From an uncultured Actinomycetes bacterium (GTDB lineage Bacteria; Actinomycetota; UBA4738; HRBIN12), in NCBI GenBank assembly GCA_963792215.1, contig CAWBVL010000007.1:134230-198229 (forward strand): DNA of 64,000 nt. Reading direction: 5' to 3'. The position numbers and the translations under genes are program-made. Positions 1 to 8,629 of the stretch are shown here, piece by piece (position 1 is the first letter of the stretch; every line of letters begins with the position of its first letter). The notes below the pieces were generated by a model. It saw only the letters and a program-made list of their open reading frames with translations, was not told the origin of the DNA and did no database searches.

Positions 1-1
1 G

Positions 2-136
2 CTGTGCGACGGCTGCAGCACCTACCTCGAGCAGATGCGGGAGGCCATCCGGCTGAGCGGGATGGTGACCGAGGAGCAGGTACCCGAGGACGACAAGACG
101 GCGCTGCTGGCCGCGTTCCGCGACTGGCGCAGCTGA
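2..136 (+). CDS. 3' end of a zinc-finger (zf-HC2-type) anti-sigma factor, truncated by the window edge
   Basis: Manual translation LCDGCSTYLEQMREAIRLSG...LLAAFRDWRS*; CxxC followed by YLEQM is typical of small actinobacterial anti-sigma factors. Confidence 0.7.
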   Translation: MCDGCSTYLEQMREAIRLSGMVTEEQVPEDDKTALLAAFRDWRS

Positions 137-236
137 TCACAGCCTCCCGTCACGAGAACCGTTCGATCTTCGTGTAACGGTCGCGTGCTTCCGCGTGACG
201 ACACCCCGTCCGGAACGGAACGGAAGGGGGACGGAC

Positions 237-1256
237 ATGGAGATGTCCATGGAAGGTGCGGTCTTCGTCCAGACGAATGCCGCCCACAACGAGGTGATCG
301 CCTTCTCGCGTGCGGCCGACGGCTCGCTCATGCGCGCGGGCGAGTTCGCGACCGGTGGCGCGGGCGATGACAACGCGCACCTGCCGTCGCAGGGATCGGT
401 CACGCTCACGCGTGACCGCCGGCACCTGCTCGTGACGAACGTCGCCAGCAACGACGTGAGCGTCTTCGCCGTGAACGGCGCGATGCTCGAGCTCACCAAG
501 ACCGTGCCCGTCGGCATGGCGCCTCGGAGCGTCGCGGAACATGACGGCCTGGTCTTCGTGCTGAACACCGGCGACGCCACGATCACCGGCCACCGTCTGG
601 TCGACGGCGACCTGGTCCCGATCGAGGGCGCGATGCGTCCATTGTCCACACCAGACGGCGCGCAGGTCGGCTTCACGCCCGACGGTCGCGCGCTCGTGGT
701 CACCGAACGCGGCGGCGACAAGATCTCGGCGTACGCGGTCGGGATGGACGGCATGCTCGGCGAGGGTCGCACCATCGACTCGCTCGGGGCGACGCCCTAC
801 GGGTTCGCGATCTCGAACGAGGGAACACTGGTCGTCACCGAAGCGTTCCGCGCTGAGAAGGGCGCGGCCGCTGCCTCGAGCTACCGGATCGACGGCGACG
901 CGATCATGCCCGGCACCGCGAGCATCGCGAACGGCCGCAGCGAGATCTGCTGGGCCGTCATCACGAACGACGGTCGATACGCGTTCACGACGAACTTCGC
1001 CGACGGCGCCGTCTCGCGCTACGCGATCGGCATGGACGGCTCGCTCACCCTCGAGGACGCGACCGCCGCGATCACCGAGGACGGGCGGCCGGGCCTCCGC
1101 GACGAGGACCTGTCCGACGATGGCCGGCACCTGTACGCGATCGACGCGGACCAGGGCCAGGTCGTGGCCTGGTCGGTCGACGACAAGGGACGGCTGACCG
1201 ACGCCGGGTCGTGGGGCGGCCTGCCCACGACGATCGCCGGCTTGGCGGCCGTCTGA
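237..1256 (+). CDS. Lactonase-family (6-phosphogluconolactonase-like) beta-propeller protein
   Basis: ORF 195..1256; ATG at 237 follows a purine-rich RBS; repeated propeller blades with SQGS, FTPDGR and CW-x-ITNDGRY motifs. Confidence 0.8.
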   Translation: MEMSMEGAVFVQTNAAHNEVIAFSRAADGSLMRAGEFATGGAGDDNAHLPSQGSVTLTRDRRHLLVTNVASNDVSVFAVNGAMLELTKTVPVGMAPRSVAEHDGLVFVLNTGDATITGHRLVDGDLVPIEGAMRPLSTPDGAQVGFTPDGRALVVTERGGDKISAYAVGMDGMLGEGRTIDSLGATPYGFAISNEGTLVVTEAFRAEKGAAAASSYRIDGDAIMPGTASIANGRSEICWAVITNDGRYAFTTNFADGAVSRYAIGMDGSLTLEDATAAITEDGRPGLRDEDLSDDGRHLYAIDADQGQVVAWSVDDKGRLTDAGSWGGLPTTIAGLAAV

Positions 1257-1732
1257 TGCACCTCGAGGACCTGTACCGGGTGACGTTCACGACTCCCGAG
1301 TCGTGGACGGTCACCCGGCCGGGTCCCGGCGATCCCGAGGGACAGAGCTTCCTGATCGCCGAGGGCCGCGTCGACGGTCGCGTCACGGCGCGATACCGAG
1401 CGGCGAACTATCCACGGCGGCGCGCCGACGGCGCACTCGAACCGTCGTTCCGCGGCGTGCTCCAGACCGACGACGGTGCGACGATCCTGTTCCACTGGGA
1501 GGGTCTCGCCACCATGACGCCCTCCGGGATGCGCCAGCTGCTCGGCATGGTGCAGCACGTGACGGACGACGAGCGATACGCATGGCTCAACGATCGCGTC
1601 TGCTCGCTCGAAGGAGAGGTTCGTCCCCGCGACGAGGGAGACGGCTTCAACGTCGTATTGCGCGTCCACATGATGACGTGGGAACCGATCACGGATCCGA
1701 GTGAACAACCGGCGAACGTCCCCGGTTCTTGA
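1256..1732 (+). CDS. DUF3237-like beta-barrel protein
   Basis: ATG overlaps upstream TGA; motifs LQTDDGATI and DERYAWLND. Confidence 0.65.
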   Translation: MHLEDLYRVTFTTPESWTVTRPGPGDPEGQSFLIAEGRVDGRVTARYRAANYPRRRADGALEPSFRGVLQTDDGATILFHWEGLATMTPSGMRQLLGMVQHVTDDERYAWLNDRVCSLEGEVRPRDEGDGFNVVLRVHMMTWEPITDPSEQPANVPGS

Positions 1733-1842
1733 CGTGATCCCGTAACGCCTCGCGTGCGACGGACACGGAGTACGCATCGCGACGTTCCACCCTCGAGCTC
1801 GAACAGCCCGCATCCGAGTTCTTCGAAACGTAGGGAGGTTCC

Positions 1843-3023
1843 ATGCGTTTGCTCGCACGACTCGCACGAGGCGCCGGCCTGGCGACGCTCGTCGCAGCCG
1901 CGTTCGTCGCGGTGCCGACGATCGCCGGGGCAACAACGCCCGTCATCGGTCACGTGTACGTCAACGACAACACCGCCGGAACGAACACGATCGGCGCGTT
2001 CGATCAGCATTCCGATGGATCGCTGACCCCGATGGCCGGCTCGCCCTTCTCGGCCGGCGGCGCCGGCACCGGCGCGATCGTCGGCTCGCAAGGCTCGATC
2101 CAGTCGACCGCGGACGGAAACTGGGTGCTGGCCGCCGACGCCGGCAGCAACCAGATCTCCGTGCTGGCCGTTGGTGACGACGGGTCGCTCACACCGGCCG
2201 CAGGCAGCCCGGTTTCGTCCGGGGGGCTCGAGCCGGTCAGCATCGCCGTGCACGGTGATCTGGTGTATGTCGCCAATGAGGGCAACGGGAGCACCGGCAG
2301 CAACTACACCGGGTTCACGCTCGGTGACAACGGCAGCCTGACGCCGCTGTCGGGCTCCACCGTGGCCCTGCCGGCTACCGCGCTTCCCGGCGACATCCTG
2401 TTCAACGGAACAGGGAAGAACCTGATCGGGATCGAGGTCGGCACGACCGATCCGAGCACGTTCCGGATCGACAGCTTCCAGGTCGGCTCGGACGGACGCC
2501 TTACCGCGGCCGCCGGATCGCCGTTCCCCGCGGAGGCGCCCGGGCCGTTCGGGAGCTCGTTCTCGCCGACCGCCCCGCATCGGCTGTACGTCTCCAACGC
2601 GCACGGCGGCACGAACAACGGCTCGGTGTCGGCGTTCTCTGTCAACCCGAACGCGAAGGTGAAGTCGATCACCGGTTCGCCGTTCGCCGACAGCAGACGG
2701 CCCCGTGCTGGGTGGAGATCTCCCACGACGGGCGCTACCTGTTCGCGGTGAATACCGGAAGCACGACCATCTCGAGCTACCGGATCAACCCGAACGGCAC
2801 GCTGTCGCTGATCGGGAGCACACCGTTCAGCAGCGGCCTCGGCATCAGGCCGTTCGACGCTCGCCTCGACGCGGCTGGAACGCACCTGTACGTCGTCGAC
2901 GCCGCGATCGCGTCGGTGAGTGGATTCGCGGTGAACGGTGGCTCGTTGACCGAGCTGTCGTCTTCGCCCACAGCGCTGCCGACCGGAGCGACCCCGTTCG
3001 GGGTCGCGATCGTGGGGGCATAA
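1843..3023 (+). CDS. Secreted lactonase-family beta-propeller, split by an apparent 1-nt frameshift near 2692
   Basis: Signal peptide, repeated GSPF blades and SQGS; ORF 1843..2751 continues in another frame as QTAPCWVEISHDGRYLF (ORF 2712..3023). Confidence 0.75.
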
Positions 3024-3031
3024 CCAACGCA

Positions 3032-3069
3032 AGGAGAGGGCCGCGAGCGACAGCTCGCGGCCCTCTCCT
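3032..3069. terminator. Perfect 17-bp stem hairpin between convergent genes, probable bidirectional terminator
   Basis: aggagagggccgcgagc-gaca-gctcgcggccctctcct. Confidence 0.8.
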
Positions 3070-3076
3070 ACCCCGC

Positions 3077-3361
3077 CTAGCGACCGAGCAGCGCCAGGTG
3101 CTTCGCGCAGGGGTCCGCGACGGTGCAGCACGTCGGGAGCTCTCGAGCCTTCTCGCGCGCCGCCCGCACCCTCGACGTCTCCAACGCTTTGCGCGACCGA
3201 GGTTCAACCCCGTTCTCGATCAACAAGCTGCGGCGGCGCGCCGGGTCACGAACTTGCGCGATCCGTCCATCGGGCAGGAGCACCTCGCCCTCGTGCCAAG
3301 CGATGCCCTCGGGCGCTGCGTCGGGATCCTTGATCCAGGCATCACCAGGGTTCTCGCTCAT
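3077..3361 (-). CDS. Hypothetical 94-aa protein with C-terminal CC-x4-PC-x2-H motif
   Basis: Fills the intergenic gap and ends just before the hairpin; no family recognised. Confidence 0.5.
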   Translation of the reverse strand: MSENPGDAWIKDPDAAPEGIAWHEGEVLLPDGRIAQVRDPARRRSLLIENGVEPRSRKALETSRVRAAREKARELPTCCTVADPCAKHLALLGR

Positions 3362-3487
3362 CTATCCAGTTCACCACGTTCTGACACGCACGCACGGAAG
3401 GAACCGGGCTCCAGCGACTAGCCATCGTCTTGTGCACGTCGACCCATGGCGACTATCGTTGCCGCTCCTACCGGACTGGATCGGTAA

Positions 3488-5455
3488 ATGCGAGGTCGAG
3501 CCGCCGTCGTGGCCGTGGTGGTCGCGCTGCTGGCCGTCGCGGTCTGGGCTGTGGCGACTCGCTCCTCGGCACACGAGAACACGACCTTCTGGGTCTCGCC
3601 CTCGGGTGACGACGGTGCAGCCGGCACTGAGGGTGCGCCGTGGCGGACGATCCAGCACGCAGCCTCGACCGTCCCACCGGGCGCGGTCGTGAACGTGCGT
3701 GACGGCACCTACAACGAAGCGGTGCAGGTCAACGTCTCCGGCAACGCCGACGCGGGACCAATCGTCTTTCAGAACGCGCCCGGCCAGCACCCGATCATCG
3801 ACGGGACCAGCCTGGACGTGCCCGCGGACTTCCACGGACTGTTCTCGATCGACGGGCAGCGCTACATCACCATCCACGGCTTCGAGATCCGGAACTATCG
3901 CACCGACGAACCCGGCCACGGTCCCGTCGGCATCTGGGTGACGGGCGCCTCGGACCACATCTCGATCCTCGACAACCGCGTGCACGCGATCCAGACCAAT
4001 GTCCAGCAGCGAAACGGTGGAGACGCGCACGGGATCGCCGTGTACGGCACCGACTCGGCGCACCCGATCACCGACGTGGTCGTCTCGGGGAACGAGGTGT
4101 ACGACTGCAAGGTCGGATCGAGCGAATCGGTGGTCGTGAACGGCAACGTCGTGGGTTTCCAGATCACGCACAACAGCGTGCACGACAACAACAACATCGG
4201 GATCGACGTGATCGGCTACGAGGGCAAATCCTCCGACCCGAGCGTGGATGCCGCGAGGGACGGCATCGTCAGCGACAACCTCGTGTACAACATCGACTCG
4301 TACGGGAACCCTGCCTACGGAACCGACCGGAGCGCCAACGGCATCTATGTCGACGGGGGACGCGACGTGCTCGTCGAGCGCAACGTGATCCACGACGTGA
4401 ACATCGGGATGGAGTTCGCGAGCGAGCACGCCGGCCGCTCCACGAGCTATGTCACCGCGCGCAACAATGTCGTCTACGACGCGACGGTGATCGGCCTCGC
4501 GATCGGCGGCTACGACACGAAGCGGGGGAACATCGAGCACTGCACCATCGTGAACAACACGTTCGTGAACGACGGCGACGTGGAACTCCTGATCCAGTTC
4601 GACACCCGCGACGATCAGATCATGAACAACATCGTCGTCGCCGACCGCAGCCGGAACTTCATCGAGAACCGATACGCCGAGCACGGCGACCAGATCGACC
4701 ACAACCTGTATTTCGCGTCCGGCGGCGGCGACGCGGGCTCGTGGCAGTGGAACGGTGTCTCGTACCACTCGTTCTCGGACTACGTCGCCGCCACGGGCAA
4801 CGACCGATCTTCGATGTTCACCGACCCGGGGTTCCGCGACCAGGCCAGCGCGGCGTTCGACCTCGTCGACGGGTCGCCGGCGATCGACGCGGGCGTGTAT
4901 CTGCCGGCTGCCGGCGAGGTCGATGCGAAGGGGGCGCCGCGAGCGGCCGGCGGCGTGATCGACCTCGGCGCGTACGAGCACCCCGTCCCACCCCCGTCGC
5001 CAACGCCCGTCCTTTCGGCGACCGTCCCGATCGCCCAGATGCACTGGACCGAGATCACGAACGGTTGGGGGCCGGTCGAGACCGACACCAGCAACGGCGA
5101 GAAGGCCCGCGGGGATGGCCAGCAGATGACGATCGGCGGTGTTCCCTTCGACACGGGCCTCGGTACCCACGCGCACTCTGTCGTGTCCATGGACCTCGGT
5201 GGACGGTGCACCGCTTTCGAAGCCGACGTCGGCGTCGACGGCGAGGTGCAAGACAACGGCTCGGTCGAGTTCCAGGTGCTCGGCGACGGCAAGAAGCTGT
5301 TCGATAGCGGCGTCGTTCGCGGAGGAGACGCGCCGGTCGGGGCCTACGCCGACGTCACGGGTGTCCGAACGCTGACGCTCGTCGTCACCGAGGGCGGCGA
5401 CGGGAACGCATATGACCACGCAGACTGGGGGAACGCACGCTTCGCGTGCGCGTGA
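3488..5455 (+). CDS. Secreted right-handed parallel beta-helix protein with C-terminal NPCBM/NEW2 (CBM51) domain
   Basis: Signal peptide; VSPSGDD...PWRTIQHA N-terminus; Asn-rich repeats; DLGAYE; Pro linker; NGWGPVE...GLGTHA...DHADWGNA. Confidence 0.8.
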   Translation: MRGRAAVVAVVVALLAVAVWAVATRSSAHENTTFWVSPSGDDGAAGTEGAPWRTIQHAASTVPPGAVVNVRDGTYNEAVQVNVSGNADAGPIVFQNAPGQHPIIDGTSLDVPADFHGLFSIDGQRYITIHGFEIRNYRTDEPGHGPVGIWVTGASDHISILDNRVHAIQTNVQQRNGGDAHGIAVYGTDSAHPITDVVVSGNEVYDCKVGSSESVVVNGNVVGFQITHNSVHDNNNIGIDVIGYEGKSSDPSVDAARDGIVSDNLVYNIDSYGNPAYGTDRSANGIYVDGGRDVLVERNVIHDVNIGMEFASEHAGRSTSYVTARNNVVYDATVIGLAIGGYDTKRGNIEHCTIVNNTFVNDGDVELLIQFDTRDDQIMNNIVVADRSRNFIENRYAEHGDQIDHNLYFASGGGDAGSWQWNGVSYHSFSDYVAATGNDRSSMFTDPGFRDQASAAFDLVDGSPAIDAGVYLPAAGEVDAKGAPRAAGGVIDLGAYEHPVPPPSPTPVLSATVPIAQMHWTEITNGWGPVETDTSNGEKARGDGQQMTIGGVPFDTGLGTHAHSVVSMDLGGRCTAFEADVGVDGEVQDNGSVEFQVLGDGKKLFDSGVVRGGDAPVGAYADVTGVRTLTLVVTEGGDGNAYDHADWGNARFACA

Positions 5456-5642
5456 GCGGGATCCGCTCGAAGACGACGCCAACCTCGGGCATGCCCTCTG
5501 ATGGCGAGACCGACCGCTACATCAGGTTGCCGCCTCCGGGACCTTCGATCCCGAGTTCGCGTGCGTCTTCGATGGTCCGGTTCGGTACAGGTGATCCCTG
5601 GCGCCTGTGGCACGCCATCGTCCCTGCTCTCCGATCGGTTAC

Positions 5643-5987
5643 CTACGAGACCTCGTGCGGATCGTCGTGATCCGTCGCGCCCGGCGCCTCATCGCGGATC
5701 GACAGCGCCGCTTCCTCAGGCGAGGCGAAGTCGTCCCGTTCCAGCGAGGCCTCCCCCACTAGCTCCGCCTCAACATCCGGCGCGCCTTCGTCCTCTACGG
5801 CGACGACTTCATCAACGACAGCGCCGTCGGATCGTTCGCGCGCGAAGGCTTCATCGAGGCCAAGAGGCACCTGACCTTCGGCGGCCGTCACCCCGCGCCG
5901 GTCGGCGGCGAAGGCGCTGTCGGCGCGCATGATCTCCGCCTCAAGCTCCTCACCGTCGTTCTCGTCCCACAGGTCGTCTCGCTCCAC
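5643..5987 (-). CDS. Acidic DUF5709-like protein
   Basis: RBS GGAGGG before GTG; very acidic; C-terminal SPEEAALSI motif. Confidence 0.6.
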   Translation of the reverse strand: MERDDLWDENDGEELEAEIMRADSAFAADRRGVTAAEGQVPLGLDEAFARERSDGAVVDEVVAVEDEGAPDVEAELVGEASLERDDFASPEEAALSIRDEAPGATDHDDPHEVS

Positions 5988-5999
5988 CGCTTCCCTCCA

Positions 6000-7010
6000 T
6001 CATCCGAACGTGAATGCGAAGCCCTCTGCTCCCGCGGACAAGAACTCGATCGTGAACACGCGGTCCGCGATGGGGCCCTGCTGCCTGACAAGCTGGTGCA
6101 TCCGCTGCTGCGTGACGACGCCAGATCCGTTGGCGTCAACGTCGCTTCCGGCCGCATCACGGAGCGGTTGGCCGTCGATCGTGACACGGAACGGCACGGA
6201 TCCGCCGCGCTCCTGGGGGCCCATGACCAGATGCACGTCTCGCGCGTGGAAGGCGAACTCGATCCGCGCGTTCGGTTCATCCGACACCGCGCTCTCGGCA
6301 TCGATCGTCCAATCGCCGACCAACGCCCACCGGTTCAACTCCAGGACCGCCGGCGCCGTGTAAGAGTGCCGTTCCTTCGGCACCGCCCCGCCCGGCGACG
6401 CGAATGCCTGCCCACGTTCGTAACCGAGATAACTCTCCGGCGACCGGAGGTCGAGCCACGCCGCTTCGGCCTCCGGCCCGATCCCCGTAACGGACACGAG
6501 GTCGGCTCCCACGTTCTCTACGCCGGCCTCGGCGAGGAGCTGTTGGATCACCTGCTCGGAGCGCTCGTAGTCGCCTTCGCCGAACTGATGATGCCGGATC
6601 CGACCCGCCGCGTCGATGAAGTACAGCGCTGGCCAGTAATGGTTCGCGAAGGCGTCCCACACCGCATACCGGTTGTCCAGTGCGATCGGGTACTCGACCC
6701 GCATGGCGCCGAGCATCTCCCGAACGTTGTCGACATCGTGCTCAAACGAGAACTCCGGCGTGTGCACGCCGATCATGACGAGCCCATCGTCCGCGTACCG
6801 CTCAGCCCACGCCCGGACGTAGGGCAACGTCCGCAGCCAGTTGATGCACGTGTACGTGCAGAAGTTGATCACGACAACCTTGCCCAACAGGGCGTCCGGT
6901 GTAAGCGGTGGCGAGTTCAGCCATCCGGTTGCTCCGTCCAGCGGTGGGAACCGCCCCTCGTTCGAGAGACGGCCGCCCGGGCCGATATGCGATCGGATCC
7001 AGTCGCTCAC
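6000..7010 (-). CDS. Redoxin / DipZ C-terminal-like thioredoxin protein
   Basis: WLNSPPL, TYTCINW, GVHTPEF, NHYWPALY and AFTFG C-terminus; start chosen at GTG 7010 after GGGGG. Confidence 0.85.
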   Translation of the reverse strand: MSDWIRSHIGPGGRLSNEGRFPPLDGATGWLNSPPLTPDALLGKVVVINFCTYTCINWLRTLPYVRAWAERYADDGLVMIGVHTPEFSFEHDVDNVREMLGAMRVEYPIALDNRYAVWDAFANHYWPALYFIDAAGRIRHHQFGEGDYERSEQVIQQLLAEAGVENVGADLVSVTGIGPEAEAAWLDLRSPESYLGYERGQAFASPGGAVPKERHSYTAPAVLELNRWALVGDWTIDAESAVSDEPNARIEFAFHARDVHLVMGPQERGGSVPFRVTIDGQPLRDAAGSDVDANGSGVVTQQRMHQLVRQQGPIADRVFTIEFLSAGAEGFAFTFG

Positions 7011-7051
7011 CGCCCCCTGAGTACGCGTCATCGTTGACGAGATGCTGCTCG

Positions 7052-8242
7052 CTAACGGAGCCGTCGGAACGCGGCCCGCATCTCTTCCGAGAAGAGCTCC
7101 GGTTCCTCCCACGCGGCGAAGTGGCCACCCCTATCCACCTCGTTGAAGTAGGAGTCGACACTCGGGTATGCCCTTTCGACCCAGCTGCGCGGTGTCCGCC
7201 AGATCTCCCCTGGGAACGTGGTGAACCCGACCGGGATCGAGACCGGCTTGGGTGCCTGGCCGGCCGCGCGGGCGTTCTCCGCGCCCTCCTCCCAGTACGA
7301 GCGCGCCGCGGAGGCGCCTGTGCTGGTCAACCAATACAGCGTGATGTTGTCCAGGATGTGGTCGCGGGACAGGTTCCCCGACGGCTGCTTGTCGACGAAC
7401 GCCCGCGCGATCTTGTAGTACGCGTCCGTGTCGTGGTCGACCATCCAGGCAGCGAGTGCGATCGGTGAGTCCAGGAGGGCATACCCGATCGTCTCCGGGC
7501 GCGTCGCTTGCTCGACGAAGTACCCGGTGCCCGTGGCACGGAACGCGGCGAGCTGGTCGAGGGCGGCCTGTTCCTCTTTGGTCGGCGGTGAGGCGCTGAG
7601 GGCTTCAGCGTCACCGAGTGCCGGCGTGAGGAGGTTCGTGTGGATGCCGATCAAGCCGTCCAGCCCAAGTCGGCCCATCGCGTCGGTGACCTGGGATCCG
7701 ACGTCGCCGCCTTGCGCGACGTAGCGGGTGTACCCGAGGCGCCGCATGAGCTCGTGCCAGGCCTGTCCGATGCGGATCGGGCCCCAGCCCAGCTCGGTGG
7801 GCTCGTCGGAGAAGCCGTACCCGGGGATGGACGGCAAGACGAGGTGGAACGCGTCGTCAGCGCGTCCGCCGTGTGCGGTCGGGTCGGTGAGTGGACCGAT
7901 CGTTTCGAGGAGCTCGACGACGGAACCCGGCCAGCCGTGCGTCATGATCAACGGCAACGCGTCTTCGTGGGCAGACCGAACGTGGATGAAGTGGATGTTC
8001 AACCCGTCGATCTCGGTCTTGAACTGAGGGAGGGCGTTCAGCCTCTCCTCGTTCTGGCGCCAGTCGTATTCGGTACTCCAGTAGCGAGCGAGCTCTTGCA
8101 TCGTCGCGAGCTGCACGCCCTGGGATCTGTCGGCGACAAGCTCGGCACTCGGCCATCGGGTGGCATCGACTCGACGACGCAGGTCGTCGAGTTCGGCCTG
8201 GGGAACATCGATCGTGAATGAACTGATCGCGTCGCCGAGCAT
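7052..8242 (-). CDS. Epoxide hydrolase (EHN N-terminus, alpha/beta hydrolase)
   Basis: HGWPGS, QGGDVG and GGHFAAWEEP motifs. Confidence 0.92.
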   Translation of the reverse strand: MLGDAISSFTIDVPQAELDDLRRRVDATRWPSAELVADRSQGVQLATMQELARYWSTEYDWRQNEERLNALPQFKTEIDGLNIHFIHVRSAHEDALPLIMTHGWPGSVVELLETIGPLTDPTAHGGRADDAFHLVLPSIPGYGFSDEPTELGWGPIRIGQAWHELMRRLGYTRYVAQGGDVGSQVTDAMGRLGLDGLIGIHTNLLTPALGDAEALSASPPTKEEQAALDQLAAFRATGTGYFVEQATRPETIGYALLDSPIALAAWMVDHDTDAYYKIARAFVDKQPSGNLSRDHILDNITLYWLTSTGASAARSYWEEGAENARAAGQAPKPVSIPVGFTTFPGEIWRTPRSWVERAYPSVDSYFNEVDRGGHFAAWEEPELFSEEMRAAFRRLR

Positions 8243-8395
8243 TGGAACTCCCTCCCCGCAGGGATCGACCAGACGTAGTGGCGATCCGCCAGCTAGACCG
8301 TCGATCGTCGAAGACTCAACGTATGACGGGGAGGGACATACCGCAAGGTCGGCCCCTGATGCTTACGAAGCGTTCATCCTGTCGGGTGGCGATGA

Positions 8396-8504
8396 GTTGG
8401 TTTCTCGTCGTCGTCGGGTCGGTCGTCGTCGTTCGTTCGTCGGGTGGTCGTTGGTTCGTTCGTTGGTCTCGTCGTTGTGGTTCGTTCGTTCGTTCGTTCG
8501 TTCG
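8396..8504. repeat. Adenine-free low-complexity tract ending in (TTCG)6
   Basis: No A on the + strand from 8396 to 8508; GTC/TTCG units; six perfect TTCG copies at 8481-8504. Confidence 0.85.
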
Positions 8505-8586
8505 TGGGAGGAGGAGGATTCGAACCTCCGTAGGCATCGCCGGCGATTTTACAGACCGCTCCCTTTGGCCGCTCGGGCATCCTCCC
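8505..8586 (-). tRNA. tRNA-Tyr (GTA), CCA not encoded
   Basis: Minus strand GGGAGGATGCCCGAGCGGCCAAAGGGAGCGGTCTGTAAAATCGCCGGCGATGCCTACGGAGGTTCGAATCCTCCTCCTCCCA: acceptor stem, GTA anticodon, long variable arm, GTTCGAATC T-loop. Confidence 0.95.
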
Positions 8587-8629
8587 GGATAGCGCACGCA
8601 TGATAACGAACGGCTACCGTGCGAACCGA

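Noticed and set aside
8396-8504. Repeat tract as a CRISPR array or coding sequence (ORFs 8316..8597, 8374..8601)
   Set aside because: Units are 3-4 nt with no spacers, no cas genes are present, and the ORFs run through the tRNA
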